51,848 nt of DNA from Burkholderiaceae bacterium (GTDB lineage Bacteria > Pseudomonadota > Gammaproteobacteria > Burkholderiales > Burkholderiaceae_B): assembly GCA_044338955.1 (NCBI GenBank), contig JBIIWK010000001.1, forward strand, positions 1 through 51,848. Reading direction: 5' to 3'. A program made the translations under genes and the position numbers. This document shows, one piece after another, positions 10,332 through 20,932 of the stretch; within the stretch, counting starts at the first letter, position 1; each line of letters starts with the position of its first letter. Below the pieces are notes generated by a model. It was not told the origin of the DNA. It did no database searches and was given only the letters and a program-made list of their open reading frames with translations.

Positions 10332-12602
10332 TTACACCTTTTTTGCCCGCCCTGCCGTCTTGCTGGCACGTGGTTTTTTAGCCGGTTTGGCGGGTGCGGC
10401 GCCCTCAGACTCGTTGTCATCCCGATGCTCGCTTAACGCATCTTTGGCCAGAAAGGCTGCAAACGCGTCTATTGCCGAGGCCGGTGCTGGCGTGGGCGCC
10501 GAGGTAGAGGCCGATGCAGATACCGTTGCGGGTACGGGTTCGGAAGCGGGTGAAGCCAACAACGCGGAGTTGGTGGGCTCAGATACTTTTGCGGGTTCGT
10601 TTAGCACGTCAAGTGGCGAATCAGCGACCTCTTCCTTCTTGGCTTTTTTACTCCGAACCGCTTTTTTCTTAACCGTTCCTGCTGAATCTACTGAATCTAC
10701 TGACTCTGCTGAATCTGCTGAGTCTGCTGAGACGGCTGAGACGGCTAACTTTACCGCTGTCGCAAGGTCTGCTGATGCCATCGCATCTGGTGACAAATCT
10801 TCAAGCACCGCTGGCTTTGCTTTTTTGCGCGCTGGCGCTTTCTTAGCACTTGGTTGCGGGGTATCGTGCTCGCCGTTCGCTGCAACGTTGACTGCTTTTT
10901 CTGAGAGCGCTGACCCTAGCTCAGGCTCGGCCGTAACCTCAGATCCCGCTTCAGCACCCGAATCAGACTCGGCTTGGCTCACAGCCCCCGCCTTACGGCG
11001 TTCAAACACGGCAGCAAAAAAGCCGTCGGTGCCATGCACGTCTGGCCTAAGATTCAAATAAGGCCCTTCAAGCTGCAAAGGCGTACGTGCCGCGAGTAAT
11101 TGGGCCGCATCGACCAACTCAAAATCCGGATGTTCTGCCAGAAAGCGCTCGGCTTGAGCTTGATTTTCTTCTACCAGCATGCTGCAGGTCGCATACACCA
11201 AGCGCCCGCCTGGGGCCACGCAACGCGAAGCACTGGCCAAAATACGCGCTTGCAAGGCCGTAAGTTCTTGCAGGCTTTGCACCGATTGGCGCCACTTTAA
11301 GTCAGGATTACGACGCAGGGTGCCCACACCACTGCAGGGGGCATCGACCAGGACACGTTGTGCCTTACCGGCCAAGCGTCGCACCCGCGTGTCGTTTTCG
11401 TGCTCGAGCACCACCGGCACGATGTTTGACAAGCCACTGCGCGCAAAACGTGGTTTAGCCTTGGCCAGCCGTGTGGCTGAAACGTCAAGCGCATACAGAC
11501 GGCCGGTCGAGCGCATGAGCGCACCCAACAGCAAAGTTTTACCACCGGCACCTGCGCAAAAGTCAATCACCATCTCACCGCGCTTGGGGCCAACAAGCAA
11601 GGCGAGCAGCTGGCTACCTTCGTCTTGCACCTCAATTAAGCCATGCTCAAACTGATGCCATTTATTCATGGTGGGGCGCCCCGTCAGGCGGATCCCCCAG
11701 GGCGAGTAAGGCGTCGCCACCGGCGCGTGGCGCACCGCATTGCCGCGGGCCAAATCGGCCAGCATGTCGTCACGCTCGGCTTTCATCGGATTGACCCGAA
11801 TATCAAGCGCAGCGGGTTGATTCAAGGCCAGCGCCAGTTGCTCAAGATTAGGCATATGTTGCAAGCGCTCATACAGCCAATCAGGCAAACTGGTGCGAAC
11901 CTCAACCGACAGGGATTGCTCGTCAATTTGGGCGATACGGTCTAGCCAGGCAATTTCGCCCGGGTCAAGCACTTCGCGCACGCGACCATTGTCAATCATG
12001 ACAATCGCACCCTGAATCGCCAACCGCCGTACCGCATTACCCACGCCACTTTCGGCAAGTTGCCGATAGCGCCGCAAGTTTCGTAACACGTCATAGACGA
12101 CTTCAGCCACTTCAGCGCGATCACGCACCCCCAACTTAGGATGCGCCCGAAACCAATGCGACACCACAGAGTCTGCGGCAAAGCGCCAGGTTAAAACCTC
12201 GTCGAGTACCTGCCGGATTTGGTCTAAGCGAATCGTCATCATGGGCAAACGAGGCTTGACGCGACCGGTGTAGGTTGACTGCTGCGGTTCGCCGCGCGCA
12301 CCCGCAGGGCGGTCATCGTTGTAACCGCCACCCGTGCGTGGCGCGCCTGAGCGTTGCGCAAAAGGCGTGGCGTTCATCAGACGCTCGGTGGCAGACCCTT
12401 TGCGCGGCAGCGCGTTGCCTGCAGCACGTGCAGCCTCGCGCGCCGCCTCTTTGGTGCCCACACGCGAGGCACCTTTTGCGCCGGCCACATCACGCTTGGC
12501 TCGGCTCTCTTGACCCTCTGCACGGCCCTGTGCAAACGATTGAATCGAACGCTTTGGCCCTGTTGAAGGTTGACGACGGTCTACTTTTTTAGAATCAATC
12601 AT
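10332..12602 (-). CDS. RsmB/NOP family RNA m5C methyltransferase with long disordered N- and C-terminal extensions
   Basis: VQDEGSQL, DFCAGAGGKT, VLVDAPCSGVG, YATCS and TDGFFAAVF. About 215 aa of low-complexity tail follows the core. Confidence 0.88.
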   Translation of the reverse strand: MIDSKKVDRRQPSTGPKRSIQSFAQGRAEGQESRAKRDVAGAKGASRVGTKEAAREAARAAGNALPRKGSATERLMNATPFAQRSGAPRTGGGYNDDRPAGARGEPQQSTYTGRVKPRLPMMTIRLDQIRQVLDEVLTWRFAADSVVSHWFRAHPKLGVRDRAEVAEVVYDVLRNLRRYRQLAESGVGNAVRRLAIQGAIVMIDNGRVREVLDPGEIAWLDRIAQIDEQSLSVEVRTSLPDWLYERLQHMPNLEQLALALNQPAALDIRVNPMKAERDDMLADLARGNAVRHAPVATPYSPWGIRLTGRPTMNKWHQFEHGLIEVQDEGSQLLALLVGPKRGEMVIDFCAGAGGKTLLLGALMRSTGRLYALDVSATRLAKAKPRFARSGLSNIVPVVLEHENDTRVRRLAGKAQRVLVDAPCSGVGTLRRNPDLKWRQSVQSLQELTALQARILASASRCVAPGGRLVYATCSMLVEENQAQAERFLAEHPDFELVDAAQLLAARTPLQLEGPYLNLRPDVHGTDGFFAAVFERRKAGAVSQAESDSGAEAGSEVTAEPELGSALSEKAVNVAANGEHDTPQPSAKKAPARKKAKPAVLEDLSPDAMASADLATAVKLAVSAVSADSADSAESVDSVDSAGTVKKKAVRSKKAKKEEVADSPLDVLNEPAKVSEPTNSALLASPASEPVPATVSASASTSAPTPAPASAIDAFAAFLAKDALSEHRDDNESEGAAPAKPAKKPRASKTAGRAKKV
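10681..10749. repeat. About 7.5 imperfect 9-bp tandem units (GCTGAATCT-like) in the methyltransferase tail
   Basis: gctgaatct actgaatct actgactct gctgaatct gctgagtct gctgagacg gctgagacg gctaac; encodes AVS/ADS/VDS repeats on the - strand. Confidence 0.85.
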
Positions 12603-13264
12603 TGCATGTGCTCCGATACAAATAAGCGCCTGGGTACACCTTCAACCTGGACGCGCTGATCAGGCATAATTTTTACGCGCGACTGCGCAAGCCAGGTGGC
12701 AACTGCGGGATAAACACGATGCTCAACCGTGAGCACGCGTGCAGCAAGCGTGTCGGGGGTGTCGTCGGCCAACACGGGCACCACCCCCTGGGCGATGATG
12801 GGGCCATGATCGAGCACCGGCGTCACAAAGTGCACAGTGCAGCCATGACTTTGCACCCCCACAGCCAAGGCCTGCTCGTGCGTGTGCAGACCCGGAAACG
12901 CCGGCAACAAAGAAGGATGGATGTTGACCAAACGCCCCACATAGTGCTCGACGAAGGCGGGGGTCAAGATCCGCATGAAGCCCGCCAGCAACACATAATC
13001 GGGCGAGTAACCGTCAATCACGGCGGCCAGGGCTTGATCAAAGGCCTCGCGTGAAGCAAAATCGGTGTGTGTGATGACTTCAGTGGCAATGCCTTGCCCT
13101 TGTGCCCACTGCACGCCACCGGCCTGCGCGCGGTTCGACACCACCGCCACCACCTCGCCCGAGCAGGCCTTTGACTGGCATGCACGTACAAGCGCCTGCA
13201 TGTTTGACCCCTGACCAGAGATCAAAATAACGAAGCGGCAACGCGATTTTTGGGGTTCAGGCAT
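12599..13264 (-). CDS. purN: Phosphoribosylglycinamide formyltransferase
   Basis: ILISGQGSNMQAL, LAGFMRIL, NIHPSLLP and HGCTVHFVTPVLDHGPII. Confidence 0.96.
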   Translation of the reverse strand: MPEPQKSRCRFVILISGQGSNMQALVRACQSKACSGEVVAVVSNRAQAGGVQWAQGQGIATEVITHTDFASREAFDQALAAVIDGYSPDYVLLAGFMRILTPAFVEHYVGRLVNIHPSLLPAFPGLHTHEQALAVGVQSHGCTVHFVTPVLDHGPIIAQGVVPVLADDTPDTLAARVLTVEHRVYPAVATWLAQSRVKIMPDQRVQVEGVPRRLFVSEHMQ

Positions 13265-13308
13265 GGTTTTTCACAGACAAGGTAGCCCGAAATTGTAAAC
13301 TGTTGCTC

Positions 13309-14274
13309 GTGAACACCTCTTTCAGCATTTTTCGTCAAGCTTCGGCCCCTCTGTTGCGGCGACCAACCGCGCTCTCTATCGGCAATTTTGATGGCGTGCA
13401 TTTAGGGCATCTGGCCATGCTCAGCCAAGTGGCTGACGCCGCCCGCGCGCGCGCGCTGGTGCCAACCGTTTTAACGTTTGCGCCCCACCCGCGACAGTTC
13501 TTCGCCGAACAAAATCGGCGACCCGAGCTCTCGCCACCGCAAATCAATGGGCTGCGCGACAAACTCAGTGCGCTGAGCCAAGCCGGTATCGAACAAGTCG
13601 TGCTCGCGCGTTTCAATCAAAATTTTGCCGAAATGTCGGCCGAAGATTTCATCGAAAAGCTCTTGATCAAGGGCCTGAGCGCCCGATGGCTGATCGTGGG
13701 TGAAGACTTTCGTTTTGGCCGTCAGCGTTCGGGTGATGTCGCCTTACTGAAAAAAATGGGCCCACAATTTGGGCTTGAGGTACACACGCTCTCTGAAGTC
13801 AAAGACCTCAACGGCCATCGCGTGTCAAGCTCTGAGGTGCGCGCCGCGCTCGCCACCGGCGACCTGACACAAGCCCAAAGCCTGCTCGGGCGCCCTTACA
13901 CCATGACCGGTCACGTCGTACACGGCAAGAAACTAGGCCGGACCCTCAATATGCCCACCTTGAATATGCGCGTCACACCAAGGTGTGCAGCCCGTTCGGG
14001 GATCTATGTGGTGCGGGTCCACGGCTTGGCACCACAGCCCTTGTCCGGGGTGGCAAGCCTCGGCGTGCGTCCCACGGTCGAAGACGATGGCCGCATTTTG
14101 CTCGAGACCCATCTTTTCGATATCAATATTGACGCGTACGGTAAACTCATCTGCGTTGAGCTTCTCAAACACCTTCGTGACGAAGAGAAGTTTCCTGATC
14201 TCCCAACCTTGACTGCCGCCATGCATGCCGATGCACAGCATGCGCGGGCTTATTTTGCGCCCCATGGACTATAA
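13309..14274 (+). CDS. ribF: Bifunctional riboflavin kinase/FAD synthetase (start GTG 13309 or TTG 13303)
   Basis: [35 protein letters not shown] and LRDEEKF; precedes ileS. Confidence 0.95.
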   Translation: MNTSFSIFRQASAPLLRRPTALSIGNFDGVHLGHLAMLSQVADAARARALVPTVLTFAPHPRQFFAEQNRRPELSPPQINGLRDKLSALSQAGIEQVVLARFNQNFAEMSAEDFIEKLLIKGLSARWLIVGEDFRFGRQRSGDVALLKKMGPQFGLEVHTLSEVKDLNGHRVSSSEVRAALATGDLTQAQSLLGRPYTMTGHVVHGKKLGRTLNMPTLNMRVTPRCAARSGIYVVRVHGLAPQPLSGVASLGVRPTVEDDGRILLETHLFDINIDAYGKLICVELLKHLRDEEKFPDLPTLTAAMHADAQHARAYFAPHGL

Positions 14275-17125
14275 ACAAACACTCAATCTGCCCGACACTC
14301 CGTTTCCGATGCGCGGCGATCTGCCTCGTCGAGAGCCCCTGTGGGTCGCGCAATGGCAAGAGAAACGCGTCTATCAGGCAATTCGTGAGGCCAGCAAAGG
14401 GCGCCCCACGTTTTTGCTGCACGATGGCCCCCCCTATGCGAACGGTGACATTCACATCGGGCATGCAGTCAATAAAATCCTAAAAGACATCATCGTCAAA
14501 AGTCGCAACATGGCAGGCTATGACGCGGCCTATGTGCCAGGCTGGGATTGCCACGGCATGCCGATTGAAATTCAAATTGAAAAAAAATTCGGCAAGCACT
14601 TGCCGGTTGCTGAAGTACAAGCAAAGGCGCGTGCCTACGCACTTGAGCAAATCGAACGCCAAAAAAAGGACTTTGAACGACTCGGTGTGCTGGGCGACTG
14701 GAACCGCCCCTACATGACCATGAACTTCAGCAACGAAGCCAACGAAATTCGTGCACTGGGTCGCATCCTCAAAAAGGGCTACGTCTTTAGGGGCCTAAAG
14801 CCCGTGAACTGGTGCTTTGATTGCGGCTCGGCGTTGGCTGAGGCCGAGGTCGAATACGCCGATCGTAAAGATCCGGCTGTGCACGTTGCGTTTCCGTTTA
14901 TCGATCGGGCTGCACTCGCTAAAGCCTTTGGCCTGCACGAGGTCGAACCTGGCGCGATCGTGATCTGGACCACCACCCCCTGGACCCTCCCGTCAAACCA
15001 GGCGTTGAATCTGCACCCTGAGTTTGAATATGCTCTGGTGCGCGTCAGCCCGGCGCCAGCCACGGGTGCGTTACTACTGATTGCACTCGATCGTGTCGAG
15101 GCTTGCCTGAAAGAATGGAATCTTAAGGGCGAAGTGATTGCGCGTTGCCTTGGGCAAACATTAAACAAACTCGAGTTTGAACACCCGCTTGCGCGTTTTG
15201 ACGCGGGCTATCAACGTACGGCACCGGTTTACTTGGGCGATTACGTCACGCTCGACACGGGTACAGGTGTCGTACATTCGGCACCCGCCTACGGTATCGA
15301 AGACTTTTTATCTTGCAAAGCCAATGGCATGCACGATGCCGATATCATTAGCCCTGTGATGGGCGATGGTAAATTCGTGACGAGCTTGCCAGGCTTTGGT
15401 GGCTTAAGCATTTGGGCTGCCAATCCAAAAATCGTCGAGGCCTTGACGCAAGCAGGCACATTACTGAAGCAAGAACCACACGCGCACAGTTACATGCATT
15501 GCTGGCGCCATAAAACACCCATCATTTACCGCGCGACCAGCCAATGGTTTGCTGGCATGGATGTGCAGCCCAAGGATGACGCACCAACCTTGCGCACCAG
15601 TGCACTGGCTGCCATCGAGGCCACGGCGTTTTACCCGGCCTGGGGCCGTGCACGCCTGCACGCCATGATCGCAAACCGCCCCGACTGGACTTTATCGCGG
15701 CAACGCCAATGGGGCGTGCCAATGGCGTTCTTTCTTCACAAAGAAACCGGCGCCCTGCACCCTGACACCCCAGCCTTGCTCGAGGCCGTCGCCAAACTGG
15801 TTGAGCAACGCGGGATCGAAGCTTGGCAGTCGGTTGAACCTGCTGATTTGCTCGGACCTGAGGCCGACCAATACGAAAAAAATCGCGATACCCTCGATGT
15901 ATGGTTTGACTCGGGTACCACGCACGCGACAGTGCTTGGTGGCTCAGACAATGCTCAGCAAGGCTCGCACGGCGAGTTGCCTTGGCCTGCCGACCTCTAC
16001 CTTGAAGGGTCTGATCAACATCGCGGCTGGTTTCACTCGTCGCTGTTAACTGGTTGCATGCTCGAAGGCCGTGCCCCTTACAACAGTTTATTGACGCACG
16101 GCTTTGTGGTTGACGGCCAGGGTCGCAAAATGAGCAAGTCGGTGGGTAACGTCATCGCCCCACAAAAAGTGTCTGACAGCCTGGGCGCCGAGATCTTGCG
16201 TTTATGGGTCGCCAGTACCGATTATTCGGGTGAGTTGTCCATCTCTGACGAGATCCTCAAGCGCGTAGTCGAAAGCTATCGCCGCATTCGTAACACCTTG
16301 CGCTTTTTACTCGCCAATCTGGCCGACTTTGACGCGGCAAAAAATGCAGTGCTGCCCGACAGCATGCTTGAAATCGATCGTTATGCACTGGCGATGACAG
16401 CGCAGATGCAGGCCGAGGTGCTCAAGAGCTTTGAGCAGTACGAGTTTCAACCCGCCATGTCGAGGTTGCAACATTTTTGCTCTGAAGATTTAGGTTCGTT
16501 TTATCTGGATGTGTTGAAAGACCGGCTGTATACGTCAGCGCCCAATAGCCAGGCGCGTCGTTCAGCGCAAACGGCCTTATTACATATTAGCCAGACGCTG
16601 CTCAAACTAATGGCGCCCATCCTGTCATTCACCGCCGAAGAGGCCTGGGGCATCTTATGCACGTCAACCCTAGCCAATCAACCCGCCACCAGTCGTCTGA
16701 CGATTTTCACTGAGTGCTATCACTCAGTACCGGCAATCACCGATGCTGACACTCTGCAGCAACGCTGGTCGCGCTTGCGCGAAATCCGCGCGCTCGTGAC
16801 ACGCAAACTCGAAGAGCTTCGCACGGCCGGCAGCATTGGCTCGTCACTGCAAGGTGAGGTCGAACTCACCGCACAAGGCGCTGACCTCGACTTGTTGCAA
16901 AGTGTCGCAGAGCAACTGCCGTTTATTTTGATTGTGTCAAAAGTGAGCGTGCATGCAGCAACAGCAGGCGCGCAAACTGACCTCTTGATCAGCATCGCTC
17001 CGTCAGCGCATAAAAAATGTGAACGTTGTTGGCACTGGCGCGATGATATCGGCCACGATGCCGAGCACCCCGATATTTGCGGGCGTTGTGTGAGCAACTT
17101 GCACGAAGCACACGCAAACGGCTAA
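14264..17125 (+). CDS. ileS: Isoleucine--tRNA ligase
   Basis: Start reassigned to ATG 14264 ([18 protein letters not shown]). Contains [18 protein letters not shown] and the C-terminal CERCW...CGRC zinc finger. Confidence 0.97.
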   Translation: MDYKQTLNLPDTPFPMRGDLPRREPLWVAQWQEKRVYQAIREASKGRPTFLLHDGPPYANGDIHIGHAVNKILKDIIVKSRNMAGYDAAYVPGWDCHGMPIEIQIEKKFGKHLPVAEVQAKARAYALEQIERQKKDFERLGVLGDWNRPYMTMNFSNEANEIRALGRILKKGYVFRGLKPVNWCFDCGSALAEAEVEYADRKDPAVHVAFPFIDRAALAKAFGLHEVEPGAIVIWTTTPWTLPSNQALNLHPEFEYALVRVSPAPATGALLLIALDRVEACLKEWNLKGEVIARCLGQTLNKLEFEHPLARFDAGYQRTAPVYLGDYVTLDTGTGVVHSAPAYGIEDFLSCKANGMHDADIISPVMGDGKFVTSLPGFGGLSIWAANPKIVEALTQAGTLLKQEPHAHSYMHCWRHKTPIIYRATSQWFAGMDVQPKDDAPTLRTSALAAIEATAFYPAWGRARLHAMIANRPDWTLSRQRQWGVPMAFFLHKETGALHPDTPALLEAVAKLVEQRGIEAWQSVEPADLLGPEADQYEKNRDTLDVWFDSGTTHATVLGGSDNAQQGSHGELPWPADLYLEGSDQHRGWFHSSLLTGCMLEGRAPYNSLLTHGFVVDGQGRKMSKSVGNVIAPQKVSDSLGAEILRLWVASTDYSGELSISDEILKRVVESYRRIRNTLRFLLANLADFDAAKNAVLPDSMLEIDRYALAMTAQMQAEVLKSFEQYEFQPAMSRLQHFCSEDLGSFYLDVLKDRLYTSAPNSQARRSAQTALLHISQTLLKLMAPILSFTAEEAWGILCTSTLANQPATSRLTIFTECYHSVPAITDADTLQQRWSRLREIRALVTRKLEELRTAGSIGSSLQGEVELTAQGADLDLLQSVAEQLPFILIVSKVSVHAATAGAQTDLLISIAPSAHKKCERCWHWRDDIGHDAEHPDICGRCVSNLHEAHANG

Positions 17126-17290
17126 ATGATTATGAGAGCCCATTCACAAGCACGCGCAAACGGCGAAGTCCGCATGAGCATCGACGCACAAGCACGCGCA
17201 AACGGTTAAGTCACAATGAGCGTCAACCCACAAGCACACGCAAACGGTTAAGTCACAATGAGCGTCAACCCTCAAGCGCACCCGCAGATT
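17090..17290 (+). repeat. 42-bp tandem repeat (4 full units plus a partial) spanning the ileS stop and lspA start
   Basis: Units start at 17090, 17132, 17174, 17216 and 17258; consensus ATGAGCGTCAACCCACAAGCACACGCAAACGGTTAAGTCACA. Confidence 0.92.
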
Positions 17291-17785
17291 CAGGCCTCGC
17301 CACCGCTCACCCGCTGGCTGGTGTTGGCGGGGTGTTTGTTGATCCTCGATCAGCTCACCAAGCTTTGGTTTGACTCGGCCTTGCGTTATGGCGATCGGCT
17401 TAACGTCTTGCCCTTCTTTGACTTTACGCTGCTCTATAACCGCGGGGCGGCGTTCAGCTTTTTAGCTGACCAAGCTGGCTGGCAACGCTGGTTCTTTACT
17501 GCCCTAGGGCTAGGGGCCTCTGCTTTCATCCTCTGGATGATGCATAAAAATCGTTCACACACTCGCCTATTACTAGCCTTGGCGTTAATCTTGAGCGGCG
17601 CGCTTGGTAATGTGATCGATCGAGTGGCTTACGGCCATGTCATTGATTTTTTGTTGTTCTACTGGCAAAACTGGTATTACCCCGCCTTTAATGTCGCCGA
17701 CAGCTGTATCACGCTCGGTGCTATCCTGATGATTCTGGATGAAATTCTTCGTCTGCGAGGTCGCCATGCAAGAGCTGCTGAATAA
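17258..17785 (+). CDS. lspA: Signal peptidase II
   Basis: LDQLTK, YNRGAAFSFL, GALGNVIDR, VIDF and PAFNVADS. Confidence 0.96.
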   Translation: MSVNPQAHPQIQASPPLTRWLVLAGCLLILDQLTKLWFDSALRYGDRLNVLPFFDFTLLYNRGAAFSFLADQAGWQRWFFTALGLGASAFILWMMHKNRSHTRLLLALALILSGALGNVIDRVAYGHVIDFLLFYWQNWYYPAFNVADSCITLGAILMILDEILRLRGRHARAAE

Positions 17786-18974
17786 ACGCATTGTGTTGGG
17801 ATTGAGCGGTGGCATCGCCTGCTACAAGTCGGCCGAGCTTGTACGTCGCCTCGTCGAGCAAGGCGCAACGGTCGATGTCATCATGACCGATGCCGCCACA
17901 CATTTCATTACGGCGGTGACCATGCAGGCGTTAAGCGGGCGCCCTGTGTTTACCGATGCTTGGGATCCGCGTATTCCGAATAATATGGCTCACATTGATC
18001 TGAGCCGTGGCGCCGATGCAATCTTGATTGCACCAGCTTCAGCCGACTTCATGGCGAAGTTAGCGCAAGGGCGCGCCGACGACCTGCTGTCAACGCTTTG
18101 CCTGGCGCGAGCCTGCCCGCTACTCGTTGCGCCTGCGATGAATCGCGAGATGTGGTCGGCGGCACCCACCCAACGTAATGTGGCGCAACTGAAGCAAGAT
18201 GGCGTCAAGGTATTGGGCCCCGGTGCTGGGCAACAGGCCTGCGGCGAAACTGGCGACGGTCGTATGCTTGAGGCGCTGCAACTCTTAGTCGAAATGGTGG
18301 CTTTTTTTCAGCCTAAACTTTTACAAAACAAACGCGTCCTGATCACGGCGGGTCCGACTGTCGAACCGATCGACCCAGTGCGTGTGATCAGCAACCGCTC
18401 TTCAGGTAAAACCGGTTACGCGCTCGCGCGTGCCGCGTTTGAAGCGGGCGCTGAAGTCACGCTCATCTCAGGCCCCACCGCCCTACCCGAGCCCTACGGC
18501 ATCCCCTGCATTCAAGTACAGACAGCGCAGCAAATGCATGACGCGGTGCTCGCACATGTCAACGACCAAGATGTGTTCATCTCGGTTGCAGCGGTAGCCG
18601 ATTGGCGAGTCGCTAACGTGGCCAGTGACAAGATTAAGAAAGACCCACAGTCAAAAACGACGCACACGCCCAACTTAGAGTTTGCTGTCAATCCTGACAT
18701 TCTTGCCACAGTGGCTGCTTTACCCAATGCCCCTTGGTGCGTTGGCTTTGCTGCTGAAACCGAACGCTTATCTGAGTATGCGCACGACAAGCGCAAGCGC
18801 AAAGGGATTCCGATGCTGATCGGCAATCTCGCTCAACACGTCATGGACGCTGACCATACGACCGTCAGTATCTTCGATGAACAGGGCGAACACCCGATCC
18901 CAACTAACGCCAAGCAAGATGTGGCACGTCAACTGATTGCTGCGATTGCGGCACGTCTTCCTGGCAAACGGTAA
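17766..18974 (+). CDS. coaBC: Bifunctional phosphopantothenoylcysteine decarboxylase/ligase
   Basis: Start at ATG 17766. [38 protein letters not shown] and VGFAAET. Confidence 0.95.
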   Translation: MQELLNKRIVLGLSGGIACYKSAELVRRLVEQGATVDVIMTDAATHFITAVTMQALSGRPVFTDAWDPRIPNNMAHIDLSRGADAILIAPASADFMAKLAQGRADDLLSTLCLARACPLLVAPAMNREMWSAAPTQRNVAQLKQDGVKVLGPGAGQQACGETGDGRMLEALQLLVEMVAFFQPKLLQNKRVLITAGPTVEPIDPVRVISNRSSGKTGYALARAAFEAGAEVTLISGPTALPEPYGIPCIQVQTAQQMHDAVLAHVNDQDVFISVAAVADWRVANVASDKIKKDPQSKTTHTPNLEFAVNPDILATVAALPNAPWCVGFAAETERLSEYAHDKRKRKGIPMLIGNLAQHVMDADHTTVSIFDEQGEHPIPTNAKQDVARQLIAAIAARLPGKR

Positions 18975-18986
18975 ATAGAGCTCGAC

Positions 18987-19631
18987 ATGGATGCGCTGAT
19001 CACACAGGCGGGGCAATTTATTCAAACCCATCAAGCGTGGGCTGGCTTGATCATTTTTTTAATGACGTTTGGCGAATCGCTTTTTGTCATAGGGATCTTT
19101 TTGCCTGCTACGGTCTTACTGATGATGAGCGGGGGCTTAGTGGGCAGTGGCATACTTCCTGCGCTACCTATTTTTCTTTGGGGTGTCGCGGGTGCCGTAC
19201 TCGGTGATGCGCTGTCCTATTGGTTAGGCAAATGGTTGGGCCCTCGCGTCTTACGCACGAAGTTACTGAAAACACGTCGCACCACGGTGGCACGCGCACG
19301 CTTATTGTGTTTCAGGTACGGATTTTTAGCAGTCTTGGTGGGGCGTTTTCTAGGCCCCTTACGCTGCTTGATACCGACCGTTGCAGGCGTGATGGGGATG
19401 CCTGAAAAGAAGTTTCAACTCGCCAATATTTTGTCTGGTATTTTATGGATTCCAGCCTTACTAGCCCCCGGCTATTTAACTGCAATTAGCATCGATGCCG
19501 CTCGACACTCGCGCGAGTCGTTGGTTTACTCAGGCCTAGGGTTCGCCGTGTTGATCGGTATTGCGGTGCTGATTTGGATCACGCGCAGCACGCACCAAAA
19601 AAAACGACGGTACCCCACTCTACATAAATGA
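18987..19631 (+). CDS. DedA/VTT family membrane protein
   Basis: ESLFVIGIFLP, GAVLGDALSYWLG and GRFLGPLR..IP.VAG motifs. Confidence 0.88.
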   Translation: MDALITQAGQFIQTHQAWAGLIIFLMTFGESLFVIGIFLPATVLLMMSGGLVGSGILPALPIFLWGVAGAVLGDALSYWLGKWLGPRVLRTKLLKTRRTTVARARLLCFRYGFLAVLVGRFLGPLRCLIPTVAGVMGMPEKKFQLANILSGILWIPALLAPGYLTAISIDAARHSRESLVYSGLGFAVLIGIAVLIWITRSTHQKKRRYPTLHK

Positions 19632-19775
19632 CCTCAGCAAACGGCGTCGTGTCACCTAAAAAACTTCGTCCGCAGCGCTGTAGAGCCCCCCAGAGCTCAA
19701 TGTCAAAAGTAAGGTCACGTCACCGTAAAAAATGACTTGAACCAAGAGACACCGCCCAACCTTAAGGAATTCACC

Positions 19776-20225
19776 TTGAAAGCTGTCGAACTAAAAATTT
19801 TAGATCCAAGGATGCGCGAACATATTCCCGCCTACGCCACCGCTGGCTCGGCTGGCTTAGATTTGAGAGCCTGCCTTGAGGCACCCCTAGTGATTGAACC
19901 TGGCGCAACCCATCTGATCCCTACAGGGTTGGCGTTACACATTGCCGACCCAGCGTACGCTGCAGTGATTTTGCCACGCTCGGGGCTTGGTCATAAACAT
20001 GGCATCGTGCTGGGCAATTTAGTTGGCTTGATTGACTCTGATTATCAGGGGCCCTTGATGGTGTCGGCCTGGAATCGCAGCCAAACCGCCTATACCCTCG
20101 AGCCACTTGAGCGCTTAGCCCAACTCGTGGTCTTACCCATTGCACAAGTGCAATTCACCGTGGTTGACGAGTTTGAACAAAGCACGCGCGGCACCGGTGG
20201 CTTTGGCAGCACCGGCAAAGGCTAG
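19776..20225 (+). CDS. dut: dUTP diphosphatase
   Basis: TTG start at 19776 after an [28 protein letters not shown] and [10 protein letters not shown]. Confidence 0.96.
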   Translation: MKAVELKILDPRMREHIPAYATAGSAGLDLRACLEAPLVIEPGATHLIPTGLALHIADPAYAAVILPRSGLGHKHGIVLGNLVGLIDSDYQGPLMVSAWNRSQTAYTLEPLERLAQLVVLPIAQVQFTVVDEFEQSTRGTGGFGSTGKG

Positions 20226-20265
20226 TAAGCAAAGCGTTTGCTGCGTTCACAGCACCGACCAACCG

Positions 20266-20290
20266 AGCTAAGCTGCCAAGGCAGCTAGCT
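20266..20290. terminator. Hairpin between the convergent dut and pqiC genes
   Basis: AGCTGCC-AA-GGCAGCT, extended by an outer AGCT pair; no strong U-tract. Confidence 0.45.
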
Positions 20291-20302
20291 TCGAAGCGTG
20301 TT

Positions 20303-20932
20303 TTAGCCCTGACTCTTAGACTCCGTACATTGAACCTCTGCAGGTGCAGTACGTGAAACTAGCGCCTGTGCGATTTGGGCGGACAACAGTTGTGTATTTT
20401 TTTGTTGGCCCAACACAAGCGCTATTACGCCCACTTCGACGTTTTGCTTGAATCTTGAAAAACAGGTCAACACCAACCCGCTCTGGCCAAACCGCAAACG
20501 CCACAATGCGTCAAGAGCGACATACTGCCCAGGCACCAGTTCAAAGCGCTGCACGTCCACCTGAACTTGTGTCGCATCAGACTGCGCCTTACTTTGATTG
20601 ATGTTTTGCACCGGCGGCATCCCGAGCGCAGCTGTCAACTCTAGCCCTAGCGCGCTTTGCAAATGCGAAGACAAGGTCGCTGCCCAACGGTCATCGCTTA
20701 AAGGCAACAGGCGCCCGTTAGGCTCTCGCGTCACTAAGGCCGTATTGTCGACCTCAGCGGGCACCGTGACCGGACTGAGCGCGTAGGCGACCGCGCGTTG
20801 ACCTGGTGCGGGGGCCGCACGTACGCCCTCAGGGCTCAAGGTGTAGTAATGCGGCGCGGGCGATGAACAGCCAGCTAGCAACGCGACAACCACAATTGGC
20901 AAAAAAGTTTTCATTTTGCAGGCGCTTTTCAT
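20303..20932 (-). CDS. pqiC: PqiC-family lipoprotein (start 20932 or 20914)
   Basis: Lipobox LAGC followed by HYYTL, and DRWA; lies downstream of pqiB. Confidence 0.82.
   Translation of the reverse strand: MKSACKMKTFLPIVVVALLAGCSSPAPHYYTLSPEGVRAAPAPGQRAVAYALSPVTVPAEVDNTALVTREPNGRLLPLSDDRWAATLSSHLQSALGLELTAALGMPPVQNINQSKAQSDATQVQVDVQRFELVPGQYVALDALWRLRFGQSGLVLTCFSRFKQNVEVGVIALVLGQQKNTQLLSAQIAQALVSRTAPAEVQCTESKSQG

Noticed and set aside
10288-11061. 257-aa + strand ORF
   Set aside because: Antisense shadow of the low-complexity methyltransferase tail, with no recognisable motif or RBS.
17090-17290. CRISPR array, or the 98-aa ORF 17077..17373
   Set aside because: The between-core segments are homologous to each other rather than unique spacers. 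The ORF is an alternative-frame read of the repeat overlapping ileS and lspA.
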